Shown: one piece after another, positions 1-13,879 of the stretch
Numbering within the stretch: the stretch's first letter is position 1
Layout of the letters: each line of letters begins with the position of its first letter
NCBI RefSeq assembly: GCF_009834535.1
Contig: NC_045696.1
Location: forward strand, 73,968,001-74,032,000
Length of the DNA stretch: 64,000 nucleotides
DNA from: Camelus ferus
Lineage: Eukaryota
Direction of reading: 5' to 3'
Notes under the pieces: model-generated
The model's input: the letters and a program-made list of their open reading frames with translations, nothing else
What the model was told of the DNA's origin: nothing
Databases searched by the model: none
Position numbers and translations under genes: made by a program

Positions 1-414
1 CAGTTTCTCAAAATACTATGCAAGGGAACATGTCTGGATTATAACCAAGAAAAATTGACAGTTTAATTGATGCTGAATATATAGTATTCCTTGTCAAATA
101 CATTCTGGGTTGGTTTGATATCCATTTTTAATGCAGCTTGGATGTTTCTTTGAAAAAGAGTAATTGATCATCTTTTAATTATTAAACAATAACTCCTTTT
201 TATTTTATTGATAGCAGCACCGAAGAAGAATTTCAGAGACTAGAAATGTATTATTGCTTTAGTATATTGCCCCCCTTAGTAGAATCCATTGGAAGAGCCA
301 GCATATCTGAGTAAAGATTTAACTTTGATCTTACTCACGTTAGGTATGACATCTTATTATTGGTAGATATAAAGTGGTCAAATTTCTGAATGCAATTAAT
401 TGAATGAATGAATG

Positions 415-960
415 AATTCATCTAGTAAATATTTTTTGAGGATTAGACACTGCTTTAGATGTTAGGGATATAATAGTGAAAAAATACACCAAAATTCTGC
501 CTTTATGGAGGTCACATTCTGGTGGAGGGAGACAGATAATAAGCAATAAACATAATAAGTAAATGTAGTATAAAGTTAAATCAGGGTTAAGGGCACTGGA
601 AGTACAGAGGGGTGGGTGTAATCCTTTTAAATACAATGGTCAGGGCAGGTCACATTAAGAAGATGACATTTGAGTAAAGACTTGAAGGGATTAGTCATTC
701 AGCCTATTTGGGAGAAAAGAGTTCCAGGTAGTGGGACCAGCTAGTACAAGGGCCCTAAGGCAGGTAGGTACTTGGTGTGTTGGGAACAGCAAGGAAGACA
801 GTGTGGCAGGAAAAGGGTGAGCACAGAGGTGCAGGGTTTGTGGGCTATTGGTAGAACTGGCTTTTACTCTTAATGAAACAGGAGTCACTTCAGGGTTTTA
901 AAGCAGAAAGGCACATTATGACCTTTCATTATAAAAGGATCATTTTGGCTGCCATATAGG
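415..960 (-). mobile_element. LINE L2 (L2a-like) 3' fragment
   Basis: Begins with the reverse complement of the L2 3' end (attcatctagtaaatatttt...gatgttagggatataatagtgaa), followed by typical L2 body (ggtcagggcagg, gacatttgagtaaagacttgaagg). Confidence 0.8.
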
Positions 961-1139
961 CTGGAGTTAACTACCTATTGCTCATAATGAGAAGGAGAAT
1001 GTTTTATAGAAGGCTGTCTTTTATTTCTTAGGAAACATAATTTCATTTCAAAATTTACCCACCATTGCATAGAATGAGAATATGAAGTTTCAATGGCTGC
1101 AAGATTAAGAGTGTGAGCAACTATTACCATGAGGTAGGG

Positions 1140-1295
1140 GGTTATCATAGTGGAAACAGTTTAGCCCAGGAGTCCTGGTTGTGTTTTGGGAGCAGACCAT
1201 CTAATCTCCTAAGCCTCTCTTGTCACCTTTAAAACTAAGGATTTTGATACAATGAACTTTGAGATCTAACCCTTAACATTCTCTGTTCTATGATT
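1140..1295 (+). mobile_element. MIR/MIR3-like SINE remnant
   Basis: tagtggaaacag...ggagtcctggtt core and a ttctctgttctatgatt 3' end. Confidence 0.5.
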
Positions 1296-2569
1296 AAAAT
1301 AGTCCAAGTGCTAAAACTGCATGTCTCTCTTTAAGCCACTGTTTCTTTTCCTGTGAAATAGGTAGGAATTTCTTTTCCTATCACATTGCATTGCTGATAA
1401 GTGGGGTTCCTACTGTGGATAGTCTCTTTAAATGGATGAGATTCTCTAGTTCCAACTGGTTGTGGATAGAAAAGAGACCACCCACAGAAGTCACAGAGAG
1501 ACATTGTTGGTCAGTCTGAGGAAGTCTAGGTGTGGTAGTTCCATGAGGTAGTCATTGCATTGGGGGATCCTGTTTTTCAAGTGTAGAAATGCAAGTCAGG
1601 CTTGGCAGAGTGATACACACTAACCAAACTAATGAGACACTGATGTAGAAACCACATTGTTGATGTTTAATGGTGAAATATAAATGTCGTGTGCACCAGA
1701 ACCTCATATGGAGTATCAGTATATTCCCCCATGAGAAGCCAGCTTTAGTCAGAAGAAGTTTGTTTGTGAGCCTGGAATTGTAGCAAAAGCAGTCTGTCAG
1801 GTGATGTTAGTGAGTAATTCCATCAAACTACATAATCTTATGCATTCATTTCCTCTATATGAGTATTTCTGCTAAGGCTATCAGATACTCTGCTCACCTA
1901 GCACTCTTCCTTCTCTCTCTCCCCTCCTCCTCTCCTTATGTATATATTTTATAGTCTCCACATATATAATATATATATATGTTATATTCTCCATGTATAT
2001 CATTTTATACATATATGTAATTAGAGTTGCTGTTTTTGAAGCAAGTTTTCAAATTTTTTTTTTACCTTTTTTGAAATGGAAGCCCAATATGCAAACAGAT
2101 AACAGCAGAACTGTCTTTGTTGGCACATTGACAAGAAGATATTGAGCAACCTATTAACACTTCCCCCACCCTCCCTATCCTGTCACGGCTGCAGAGGTAC
2201 CTTTAAGGAATATCGCAGACTTGTTAACAGATTACTTCTTCAGGCAGGGTTCAATATCATTGATTATTTTTCACCTTAAGTTATAATCATATTCTAATCA
2301 TTATTCTTTATGTCTATACTGTAGTCACTCTGGAATTGTATATTTCTCAAACTCTCTAGCCACACACACACTTTGTCTTCTGTTTGTAGCCGCTGCCACA
2401 GATGGTGACTCTTGTGCATTACGCTTTAATTCTTCCTGGTTTCACTTTCTGAGAAAGTAATTGGATTTCCAAGTTCAGGAGGGCTGCATTCTTTGCTCCG
2501 ATAAATTTACTGTGAAGTTCTTTATGATCTAGTTTCTACCTGTGTATCCTCCCTCATTTTCAACCCTTT

Positions 2570-2920
2570 CCATTGTCATCCAGTTTCAACCACATAGATT
2601 TTCTGATATTTTCTAAATGCTCTAAGTTTTCCCCACTTCAGAGCTTTTGTACATGCTGTGCCCTTCCTTTTCTTTATTTTATTTTTACCTTCAGGTCTCA
2701 GCTTAAAGGTGACCTCTTATCTCTCACAACACTCCATTTATTGCCATCATAGCAGTTATCATAATTTATTTTTTTATTGATTATCTGTTTTCTCAACTAA
2801 AGTATAAGACCCATGAAGGCAGGGCCATGTCTGTCTTGTTCATGACTCTGTACTCAATAACTAGCTCAGTGTCTGGCACATAACATGTATTAATAAATAT
2901 GTTTGAGTGAATGAGTGATG
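2570..2920 (+). mobile_element. LINE L2 3' end
   Basis: Ends in gctcagtgtctggcacataacatgtattaataaatatgtttgagtgaatgagtga, the L2 terminal motif. Confidence 0.8.
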
Positions 2921-3239
2921 ATATACAAATACTTACATGCAGATACCACACTCACTTAGGGTAAGGGATGGGATAGAGTATGCCATATATATCGCATTTA
3001 TGGCTGAACAAGGCTTAACTAGGTTGCAGGAAGGGGAACTGGAAATAAACTGATTCTGGGCCATGGGACCATCTCTTGGCTTGGGAGGTAGTTATGGCAA
3101 ACAAACATGTCATTTGGAAATTATAGCAACAGACCAAGGTGGTATTCCAAAGAAGTAGTTCATATTGTTGGTTCAACTTGGAATAAAAGAGCTTTCTGGA
3201 CAGGTGCAGGGAACATAGTAACTGGATACCCCAGAAGTA

Positions 3240-4060
3240 GATGGGTTGATTTATAAGAAAACTTTAAAGGAGTTTTTTTTCCCTTTAGCTCAATTATGAG
3301 TTGAATGATGTGATAGCTAAAAAAGCAAATGTAATTTTCTCTCTTCCTGCCTTTATATTTTTCTTTTCCCGGGTTTACATTTGGTTTTTGTTTTTTATCT
3401 TGTATTAATATTTGTTGATTTCATTGTATCTGTGACTAAGGATCATCTCTCTAAGGTATGACTAGGAATAATCTCTCTGCAGTATTTTGTGCATATAGGA
3501 CAAATGTCTGCATACTTGTTGTATTAGTCAAGGTTTTCCAGAGAAACAGAACCAGTAGGATGTGTGTATATATATAGAAAGAGATTTATTTTAAGGAATT
3601 GGCTCATGTGATTATGGAGGCTGGCAAGTCCAAAATCTGCAGGGTGGGCTGGCAGGAAGAGCTGAGGTTGCAGTTCTAATCTGAAGGCCATCTGCTGGCA
3701 GAATTCCCTCTTGCTTGAAGAAGGTCAGTCTATTAAGCTTATTCTGGCCTTCAGCTAATTGGATGAGACCCACCCACATTATGGACAGCATTCGGCTTTA
3801 CCCGAAAAACACCAATTTAAATGTTAAGTTCATCCCAAAACACCCTCACAGAAAACATCCAGAATAATTTTTGCCCACAGGTCCAGGAGCCATGGCCCAG
3901 CCAAGCTGACACATAAAATTAACTATCACAATTGTATTGTACTTCAGTGCCACATTTTAAGGCAATGAAGCTTATTTGATAGTACAATCCCATGATAGGA
4001 AAGCAACTAGAGGCCATGTTATATGAAGAACAGTTGAAGGGACAGAGAATGTTTAGAAAT
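3240..4060 (+). mobile_element. L3/CR1 LINE remnant interrupted by an MLT2 LTR
   Basis: CR1-like tgtgatagctaaaaaagcaaatgtaat near 3310 and gccacattttaagg...tatgaagaacagttgaagg near 3950-4040. Confidence 0.55.
3520..3930 (-). mobile_element. MLT2 (ERVL) solo LTR, MLT2B-like
   Basis: tgtattagtcaaggttttccagagaaacagaacc start and gacacataaaattaactatcaca end are the reverse complements of the MLT2 termini; 5-bp flanks cttgt/attgt look like a TSD. Confidence 0.9.
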
Positions 4061-4669
4061 TCTGCATTGTTCAACCTACTGCGTTCAGTACTTGTTCATG
4101 CCAGTATCTTTCTGATTTCAATGATCACATCTTATTTCTATCAGAGTTGTAATGCAAATTGTAGACATTTCACTGTCCTTTTACTTTAAATTGCTTTAAT
4201 TTCAGTTAAGGGTCTTTATCAACAAAATTTTTAAGCTTGTAATATGTTTATTTCATTATTTCCAAGATCTAGAACTTAAGGAGATTTCTTACCTACCCTT
4301 GTGATTTCTGCAAAATAACTTCTGTGTTGAGCACTAAGTAAAAAATTATCTTCCATTCTGCATGAGTCATTGACTTCAGGTGACTTCCCTCTTTAAGCTG
4401 TAAAACATCACTCCTAATTGTAAGAACCTAGGGCTTTGCTGTTAACTGTTTCATGCCCATTTCTGTGGCCACTTTTCAACTGCTTCCCCAACAACAACAA
4501 ATAAAACCAAACACCATCATGTCAGGAAAGGTTTTTTGCTTTTATTTTTGTTGTTATTTTTCTTGACACTTAGACGTGTATTAGCTGATGATCCAGAATT
4601 CTTTATATTGTATTAATTTATTGCATTCATTGTTAGCATCATGGTGACTAGCATGCATATAAGAATTGT

Positions 4670-4750
4670 ATTCATTCATTCACCTAATGTTTACTGAATA
4701 TCTACTTGTGCTCTAGATGCTAGGAATTCACTAATGAACAAGTCATAGAA
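4670..4750 (-). mobile_element. L2 3' end fragment
   Basis: ttcattcattcacctaatgtttactgaatatctac...ctagatgctagg. Confidence 0.6.
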
Positions 4751-6169
4751 ACACCATAATTGAAAAAGATAGCAGGAATGGTTATCACTGATACTTTGTT
4801 TTCATCCTGATGAACCTTCCTTAGTTCCACACCTGTGGGCTTGGATATGAAAGAAAAGTAGATTATTTCTATAATTTTTATCAGTCCTACAGAATAGAAG
4901 GATCTGTTAAAATTTTAAGATTTATAGAAGGATAAAATTCACAATAGTGTAGTATAATTTCATAATAACAAATACCACTACATTGATTATCTCTGTATAA
5001 TTAAAGTATTTCCAAGTCTTTTCTTATTTCTGACAAAATTAAGAATAACTCATTTCCTGAACTAAGTGACAAGGCAGTATCTTTTGGATCCCTGGAATTA
5101 GATGAATTAGAACTGAATTGTTGACATTTTCATACCATTTACTAGGAAATTTGTTTTATGAAATTTTCTGAGTTGGCATAATTTCCTTTCCCAATGTTCA
5201 TGGAGAGAGAGAGTTGAACTATGAGCAAGTGTTCTTATGATAGATCCTCTTAAAAATGATTAAACAAAAATAAACATTTTGTGTAAGAGATATTAAGTGA
5301 ATTAATAGTATATCACTTCTGAAATTTTATGGGCAATCTCAGTATTTACAAACCCATTTACCTATTTGTCTTTTTCAAACATTGATGCCTTACCTCTTCT
5401 CAGAGCTGTATGGGACTTTTTGGCATGCTTGTCCATAGAGGTTGTATACCTTCCCAGTTCTCCTGAAATTCTATCCTAAGTGTTCATTTCAATTTCTCCT
5501 AAGATCCATGCAAGACCTATGTCATCTTCCCCTGGGGCATGTGACACACTTCTGCTCTAAGGCTGGCTCTAGCACCTCACATCTTTAGTCTTGGAGGCAG
5601 CCATGAAAATCCTCTTAGCTCTTCCTCACTCGAGCCTCTATTTGTCCTCTTCTGACGGAATATGTTTTGTTTTACCAAGGCCATTCAGTGAGCCAACACC
5701 AGCCCCCATCCTGCCATTGACTGCAGGCTCCTGTATTATTAAATTCTGAAACTTTTCAATTTTATTAGAAAAGAGGAGAACTTAATCCCTCCTTTGTTCT
5801 CCAAGAAATTGCTTTTCCTTTGTTCTCCTGGAAGTCATTTTTAGTTCCCATCTTCTTCCTCTCTTCCAGTAACTTTTCTTTGTCCTGTTTTGTGAATAAA
5901 TCTTCTAGCTGATCTCTCTTTGTGACATACCTGAATTATGGTCATTACAGAAGTAATAAAATTTGACTATACAGTCTAGTTTACATATATATGGAAATGT
6001 GGGATGTTATAATAGTATCATTTATGAATTATTAATTGATTTTTCCCCTGATATAAATGATTAAATGGTGATCCACTTCTCATTGGGCACCTACATAGAA
6101 GGATACCTATTATTTTAGGGGTTGTCAGTAAGAGTATAAATGGGGAAAACTGGCAACTGTGACTGACTG

Positions 6170-7370
6170 TTGCCAGACAATAAATAATTGAAAGAAAAAC
6201 AGGACAAAATATATGAAACAACTGTTTTCAGACATTGTATAATAGGCAATGAAAAACTGCTGTGTCTGAGAGAAGGGAAGCAAGCTAGATAAGTCCTACA
6301 ACTTCCCAGTTTTCTGGCTGGATGCACTTCCTGGACAGTGGTGCACAGAGATGGAACCCACACAGAGCGCTGCAGCTTTGCTAAGCTGGGAAGACAGATA
6401 CCAGGGTTAGAGAGACTTAAGAAACTGTAATTTATGGGGCAGAGGATCAAAGATAAGGGAGCTAAGCAGAGAAAGAACTTCAGAAATTTTCATGGGTGTC
6501 CATTTGAGTATTTGACTGAATACTAAGATTAACATATATGGGATGAGACTCTGCAAGGTCAGACAAATAACTACCAGGGAAGGAACTGTAAGCTGAGAAA
6601 CCATCAGAGTTTCACAGGGTTGAGAGATGTTTGAATCCTGACCAAATGGATTGGAAAGACCTGTTCACATTCCGGGAATTCAATAGAGATCCCAAAAGGT
6701 TATACCATTAGTTTTGATACTAAGAAGAAGGAAGGCTTAAGAAGGGCTAAAATTAGCCCTAGAATGAAATCTATTCTAGACTCACCTTAACAAAGTTGAA
6801 AAATAAACTCCAAAATGATCATGTTAATCTCCAGGTAAGGCACACCTCTGAGATATTGTGGTTTCAGTTCTCTACCACTGTAATAAAGTGAATATTGCGA
6901 TAAAGTGAGTCACACTAATATTTGGGTTTCCCAGTGCATGTAAAAGTTATGTTTATACTATACTATAGTCTATTAAGTGTGCAGTCTAAAAAAAATCTTA
7001 AAAACAATGTACATACCTTAATTAAAAAATACTCTGTTTCTGAAAAAATGCTCATTCATCTGACAATGCAGAGTTGTAACAAACCACAATATCTGTGAAG
7101 TGCAACAAAGTGAAATGCAATAAAACGAGTATGCCTGTAAATTAAATGACTACCAGAACAAAACTCAACTCCCTTTACCGAAACAGAAAAATCATCCAAC
7201 AATAAAATTTACCGTATCCAACATTCATCAAAAATTACTAGACATGAAGAAGCATGAAAATGTGACCCATAGCCAAGTGAGAAATCCATCAATATAAACA
7301 GACCTAGAAATGACAGAGATGATGGAATTAACAGATGAAGACTTTTCAAGCAGCTATTATAAATATATAG
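6170..7370 (+). mobile_element. Old L1 (L1MC/MD-type 5' region), interrupted by a Tigger MITE
   Basis: A-rich L1 5'/ORF1-start motifs such as caaaaattactagacatgaagaagcatgaaaatgtgacccatagcc and gacagagatgatggaattaacaga. Confidence 0.7.
6838..7137 (-). mobile_element. Tigger1 internal-deletion MITE (Tigger1a_Art-like), TcMar
   Basis: Terminal inverted repeats aggcacacctc / gagtatgcctg with TA on both sides; both Tigger1 ends are joined in about 300 bp. Confidence 0.85.
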
Positions 7371-9329
7371 GTTTAGAATGGCAATGGAGATAAAGGCAAG
7401 GAAGAGAGCTTTGTCTTTTTCTGTGTAAATGAAATAAATTCCCTTGGAATGAATTCTAGAGCAAGTATAGGGAGAGGAGAGAATGGTGTTGAATTCTTCT
7501 TCCCCTCTTCCTCTGATGGGTTTACTCTCTGTGAATGACGCTTTCTCTCTGGGACTTTGGTAGGCTTGCTGAGGATCACATACCATAACAACTGGAGAGC
7601 AATGGAACAAAGAATGCTGGAGAGGTGGTATGGTACAGCAGGTGCCTACTGATAACCCTAGAACCTCTGTGGTCCAAGAGGTGTATGGAAAAACAGTGAA
7701 CGTTCCTCTTGTGTCCACAAGAAAAAAAGGGCCCAGAATATAGGTGAGAAAGAAAGACTCAGCAGACTTGCAGGAGGTTTGCCAGCCTCTCAGCCTGGGT
7801 AAGAAAAATCCTAGGGAGATGGGGGAAGATCAGAAGAGGATGTTGCCACATTTCAGTGGATTATCAACATAGTGGTGAAACATGATCCCCAAGGATACTG
7901 GTTTCCAAAAATGGGACCAATTAAAATGCAAAGTGGACAGCCCTTCTACTAGGATGCCATAGTGACATATTTAAGTCTCCCAGCTCAGCAAAAACCAGGG
8001 AGGAGGAAGAGGACAACGGGAAAGCAATCTTAAATAGTAACGAATTTTCATTTTGGTACACCTCACTTTCTTTCTTGTTAAGAAGACTAAAAGAAAATGA
8101 TTTCTTGCTCTCCAATTGCTTTTCTAATCATCTAGCTTTAGCTTCATTACTGGGTAATTTCAGAGATGTGCTTATTTCTGTAGAGGAATAAACATGAAAC
8201 CAGCGTATAAATCCATGAGAAGCTAATGTGCTTTGTGTAAGTAAGCAATTTAAAAACTAATATGTAGGTACATTATTGAGAGGAAAGGTAAAAAAGCACA
8301 GTAGACAGCTAAAAATAGAAGGTTTCCTGTATCATTTTAGAGATGTGATGATTAAGTACTTGCATTCTTCACTTTGTCTTATCAGCAAAGACGCAGCTGC
8401 AGTAAAAAAAAAAACAAAACCCTCCATTTGCCCTGTAAATATGATCTGAGAGAAATGAATCCTATGTCTACCTGGTTAAAGCTTTTCTTCCTTAAACAGG
8501 ATGATTTAAGGAGAATATACATCTAGGCTCAGCTTTAATAGTCCCTTGCCACTCACATGGTTAAATTTACTGTGGATTGCGAGTTCATGTGGTGTCCCTG
8601 ACTAAAATATAGAAGCTCCACTCATTACCTCGCCATGCTATAATTTCTCTGGGACACAGACTTTCATTTCTTCAAGATTTGATTTTAAAATGTTGTCTAG
8701 TTTTTAGGTCCCTTGAACTTTGTTAGTACTCAGTTCCTAAAACAGCCCAGGCCTTTCCAGCTTTAAACTTCTGTGACGGCGTGATATTTTGGATTTCAAA
8801 ACCACTTATGTTTGAAAATAAAGATACTGCTTTTTCAGAGAAAAGTACCCCAAAGGATAATTTTATCATTAATAACATCAAGTTGACTCATTAATTCATC
8901 CTCCTATTCCAATAGTTTGAAAGAATTTATACTATCAACTAAGAAAGAAGTGGCTCCTTTTTTCCCCAAGAATTGGTAACCTGAAGAGAATGTTCATGTG
9001 GTGCACACTGCTTATAGATTTTGAAAGCTAATATAAATATTTAATAGAACAGCAAATCAAATTATTGCAAGATGGGAAATTTTATATACATACTTATATA
9101 GATAGCAGTATATACACATATGTTTATATAAACATATATGCATGAATAAATGTGTCATGGCTTCACTGGCATAAAATGTGGAAATTAGAAGAAAGGTAGA
9201 AGTTGTCACCATATTTTTCTTATGCTACATGGTCAACCTAAACGGTGGCTTCCTGGATATCCTAAACTGGATATCCCTGAACATCACGATAAGTAGAGCT
9301 GAGAAGTGAATTAGATTACCAAATAGGCC

Positions 9330-9890
9330 TCAGGGGTCATTATTGTCTTTTGGCAGCCTAACATCCATTTTCTCTAGTTTTGGTAACAGTGCTCACCTTT
9401 TCCCCACCTTCTGTTGTTGGGCTTTGTCTGGCCTAAACTACTGAGTCTGAGAATAGGCATGTGATTCAGTACAGGTCAGTCATGTTTCATTCCTCTGATT
9501 AAGTTGATTGGTTTAGGAATAAGCAGGTGACTTGATTTAGGCCACTGAGAGTTAAGCCCAGGAACTCTGATTAAAAGGACCTTGAAAGGACCTGTTGAAA
9601 GGACCTTGTGTTTTTTACTTTATTATTTCTTATTTTGTTTTATTTTATTATTATTTTACTGTTTTTTTCCTGGACTTCAGTCTGAAACTGCTATCAGACG
9701 TCTTGCCTCTTTGAATAAAGTCTACGTGGAAGAGCTGTTAGAGAGATACTGAATCCCGATGACATCCTTTGAAATGCTACAGTGAAGCTGGGCCTGAAGA
9801 TAGAGCTACTGCTATAGTTTTGGGATACTTGAGTCAATAAATTCCCTTGTTTGCTTAGACAAGCTTCAGTTAGATTTTATGTTACCTGCA
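9330..9890 (+). mobile_element. MLT1 (ERVL-MaLR) LTR, old subfamily (MLT1J/K-like)
   Basis: ggcatgtga...gattggtttagga...gtgact, and a 3' end tgagtcaataaattcccttgtttgcttag...ttacctgcaa. Confidence 0.7.
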
Positions 9891-9897
9891 AGAGTAC

Positions 9898-10382
9898 TAT
9901 ATTGGATATTTTCCATTTGCCCTCCCAGATTCACTCTCTACTCTTCTCCATCCTCTCTGTGCCCCAGGGGACTGACTGACCTATCTGGACTGCATCAAAG
10001 AGTTCTTTGTCCCTCTAGCTTCTGGTTGTGTTCAGCCAATGGAAATCTCCCTGAAGGCTGAAATCGGGGCATTTTTTCCCCATTTATTCCCAAGGGACTC
10101 TCACTGGTAGATAATAAAATGTTGGCTAGTCTCTCTTGCAGAGGCTGTAGATCTGTCAAGTGCCCTTCTTTTCCCAGGTTTGAGTAGTCATCTCTCCTTT
10201 GCACCATCAGACTAGAGGAGTAGTGTTTCTCCACAACTGCTAGCCCTGGGGTAAAGCATTATTTTAAATTAATTTCCTGTAACCCTTCCCATACTTCTGT
10301 AGTCTATTAAATGCTCCTCAATTATCCAGTTTGAGGATAATCCAGAGCCATACCTCTTTCTGCCAGAACCTGAGTGATAACA
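9898..10382 (+). mobile_element. LTR33-family ERVL LTR
   Basis: gatattttccatttgccctcccagattcactctc...ctgtgccccagg...tggactgcatca...ctagcttctggttgtgttcagccaatgg, and a tctgccagaacctgagtgataaca end. Confidence 0.8.
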
Positions 10383-10530
10383 TACTTCATTCATTTGGAC
10401 TCAAAATAAATGGAAAATGCAGTAGTTTAAGAAGACATAATCAGACTTGCCATTTGAATGATTTATTGATGGTGAATGCTCAATAGAGTATTAAGACAAG
10501 GCTTCAGACTTTTTGCAGTGTAGTCTCTTA

Positions 10531-10966
10531 TGAAAGGAAAATCAAAATGGAGTCAGTATTGCTAAGAGAGCTTTCTAAAATGGAGCTGGGAGGCCACTGA
10601 GGAAGTGACTCATTCATCTCTCAGCCCAGATGGAATCTGATCATTTAAACACTTACTGTCCTATTCAAGATGCTTATTGGACACATCCCCTAAAATAACT
10701 TGTGACAACCTATCTACTTATGTAATTTTTACCCTAAAACAACTCATGATTTCTTAAGGACAAATATCCTGACGTGCATCAGAGTAAATCACAATTCTCT
10801 CACAATTTAACACCTTTGTGGATTTTGTCTTTTTAAGTCCCTGTCTCTTTCTCTTCCCTGGAATAGTATTTTGGTTTTACCAAATCTGTGTCTCCCAAAT
10901 CGCAATTCTTAAGACCCCAAATAAAGCTCTGTTCTTTGCAGCATCAATACAGATTATTGTTCGACA
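10531..10966 (+). mobile_element. ERV1-type solo LTR, family unassigned
   Basis: TG...CA termini (tgaaaggaaaatcaaaatggagtc...ttgttcgaca), AATAAA near 10920, 4-bp flanks ctta/cttt. Confidence 0.75.
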
Positions 10967-11254
10967 CTTTCAGTAGCAAAACAGCTTTAAAAATATGTGC
11001 TAGTCTTAAAGAGAAATCTAATAGATTTAAGAAAATATGTGTTATAGTAATAGTTAATATTACACAAGAGTTCTGTAGCATGAATTAGTGCTTCACTGTG
11101 CTAGGGACCCTTGTTGATTACAGGGTACAATAAAATATGGTTCCTACTTTTAAGGAGAATTAAATTTAGGACAAATGAGCTATCAACACTAGGAAGTATA
11201 AGAAACCTTGACATTTCAAAGGACAGACTTGCTGAGGACTATTAGATGAAGAAA

Positions 11255-11410
11255 GAGGCAGTGTGTGCAGAACTCTGGCCTTGGCTATACTCTGAGCTTT
11301 AGTCCTGGGTACAACATATGCTAGTTATATGACCTTGGCTAAATATCCTGAGACAAGGTTTTCAAAATGAAGATGGTTACTACCCTCCTGCCCCACAAAA
11401 TCACTTGGGA
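11255..11410 (+). mobile_element. MIR SINE
   Basis: ctagttatatgaccttggctaaat...aaaatgaagatgg MIR core. Confidence 0.6.
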
Positions 11411-11899
11411 AGATCTGTCTTATGCACTCAACTTTTCCCTACTAAATTCTCTTTCTTTAGTTTCCTTTGATATATTTTCTAGAATTCCATCCTCAGCTGT
11501 CTTGTCTTTTCAATTTCATAATGTCTTCCAAAGAAATTGCCTGGATGTATCAAAGGCTCCTTAAGCCCTGCATATCCAAAAACTGAACTGATAATCAAAT
11601 TTATTATACAGAACATGTTTAAGACAATAGCCGAATTTTCCCAATTGTAGTTTTCATACCTACAACTTCTGTTACCAGAACATTTAAATTGCGAAAGTAA
11701 GTAAAATGTGATTGTATTTTCATTTGCAAAGCAGTAACACTCCAGCATCAATTTGCAGGAAAAATTAGAAGATAAAGGAATGGAGCTTCCAGGCAAAAGA
11801 TTATGAAGATCTGAGCTCAGGCAATGGTTGTGGGCATGGATCATAGTTAAAGAGGGAGTTAGGAAGAGGATAAGCAGATTTTTCACCTCTATGTTTTGT

Positions 11900-13850
11900 A
11901 ACATAGAAGCATTGGAATAATCTGGTCTTTGGAGGTTTGCTAGAATTCCCTTGTAACACCATTTTGGCCTTATACTTTTTGTAGGCTAGTATTTTCAAAA
12001 ACTATCTCTATTTCTAGAGATAGGGAATCAGTTTGTTCAAAATCTTACATACACTAGAGTCAATATTCTGAATGCATACATTTCATCAAGTTTTTATAAT
12101 TTATTAGCCCAGAGTTGTACCATGCAGTCTGTTAATGATTTTTTAAAATTTCCTGTTTTTATGGTTATTTACTTGTTGTCATTTCTTATTTTGTATATTT
12201 GTGTTTCTTCTTTTGCTTGATTAATTAGTAGATTCCATATTTTGTTAATTTCCCCCAGACATTTTAAATTTACTTATTCTTTTTTTTCTGTTTATAACTC
12301 ATTATTTTTGCCATTGTTTTTAATATTCCCTTTTCTCTGTGTTTATTTTTAAGTGCTTCCAAGTTAAACTTTATGTGCCTGTGAAGAATTGACATCTCTG
12401 TGATATTAAATAAATCTTATTTAAGAACAAGGAATGTCTTTCCATTACTTCAAGTGGATATTAATTTATTGTCCTTCTTTCATTTTTTTCTGTGTAACCA
12501 CTTAAGGCTATCATTTTTTTCTCTAATCTTTGCTTTAACTTTATCTCACTGATACTAATATGTAGTGTCTGCATTGCCATTATTTTTGTAAATAATTCTG
12601 AAGTTTCAGTTCCCCTGTGCTTCAAGAGTTGTTTAATAAAGAGTTATTTAACTTTGGATAGAAAGTCCTATTTATGTTTTGACTTTGTTATTAATTTCTA
12701 TATTTTTAATATGAGAAGATTATCTTTGTATCATTTCTATTTTATGAAATGAAATAATTATTGTTGTGTTATTTCTACTTTGTTAAGCTCATTGAGATTG
12801 TCTTTGGACCACAATGTATGTCTATCTTTATGAATGCTTATGTGCTCTTGAAAAGAAGATATATTTTCTATTTTGGGATTCAAAGTCTGATTTACATTCA
12901 TATAATTTACTTTATTGATTATGTTGTCTAGGACCTCTATATCTTTATTTTTGTCAGCTTGTCTTGGAGAGTGGTATATTAAAATTGTACATTATTGTGT
13001 GTTTCTGGTTCTTTCTCCTTGGATCTCTTGGAGTTTCTGCTTTATAAAGTGACTGCTATGAAATTCGGTGCATAAATATTCAAAATTTTTATATATTATG
13101 TTATTTTGCATAATGACATGTCATTTATTGTCTTTTTTTAAATGCTTAAGGTACTGAATTCTAGCTCATCAGATATTAAGATCACAATGCCTCCCTTCTT
13201 TTTGTTTGCTTTTTTTTTCTTGTATACCTTTGCTCATCTCTTTATATTTAATCTTTCTCAGTAACTTTGTTTTAGGGGTTTCTCTTATATATGGCATAGA
13301 GATGGATTTTACTCTGTAAGCTGAAGTAACCTTTTCTTTTCATATATGAGTTAAGTCCATTTGAATTTGTCAATGTTATTGATAAATTTTGATCTCTGTC
13401 ATTCACATTGTACATGTTTCCTTTGTCCTTTTTATATTGCTTTTGGTATTTAGGAAGGTTTATATTGTTGTTCTAGTGGCTACCTTTATATTAATTCTAA
13501 TGATTTTCTGTATATAATGCCTTTAGTGCCACTTTTTCTTACTTAGGCTTCTGTTTAGTTCATGAGTTTCAGATGCCATTCTTTGACTATCACCTACTAC
13601 GGTGTTGGTGCATAAACATCTTGTAATTTAGTCTTAACTGTTGATATATATTTCTGATTTCTCCTATTGTTTGGTTAGTTATGACTTAACATCTCTCTGA
13701 TGCTTGTTCATTTCTAGACTGAGTTTCAATATTTTTATATCTATAATTTCTTTTTAAATTATATTTAATTTATATTGAAGCCTCGTTAGTTTTCTCTGCT
13801 CTGTGGTTGATGTCATCTTTTTTTTTTCTGTCTTTCTGTCTTCCTTTTAT
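11900..13850 (-). mobile_element. Old, degraded L1 (L1M) ORF2-region fragment(s)
   Basis: Long T-rich tract with antisense L1 motifs (ttgaaaagaagatatattttct, atatttaggaaggtt, tctcttatatatggcataga); no intact frame. Confidence 0.65.
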
Positions 13851-13879
13851 ATTTTCTGCAACTGAAAACTTTTGACTTC

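Noticed and set aside
340..470. Tail-to-tail L2 junction that could form a miR-28/151-type hairpin
   Set aside because: The left arm is only the (tgaa)n tail; no extended complementarity is visible.
7209..7718. 169-aa minus-strand ORF
   Set aside because: Partly antisense to an L1 remnant, non-ATG start, no recognisable domain or splice context.
7390..8100. Purine-rich segment resembling an ancient LTR or a processed pseudogene (similar segments near 23680-24300, 29720-30260, 35910-36230, 37320-37780 and 50700-51000)
   Set aside because: No termini, TSD, family motif or reading frame that I can identify with confidence; needs a Dfam search.
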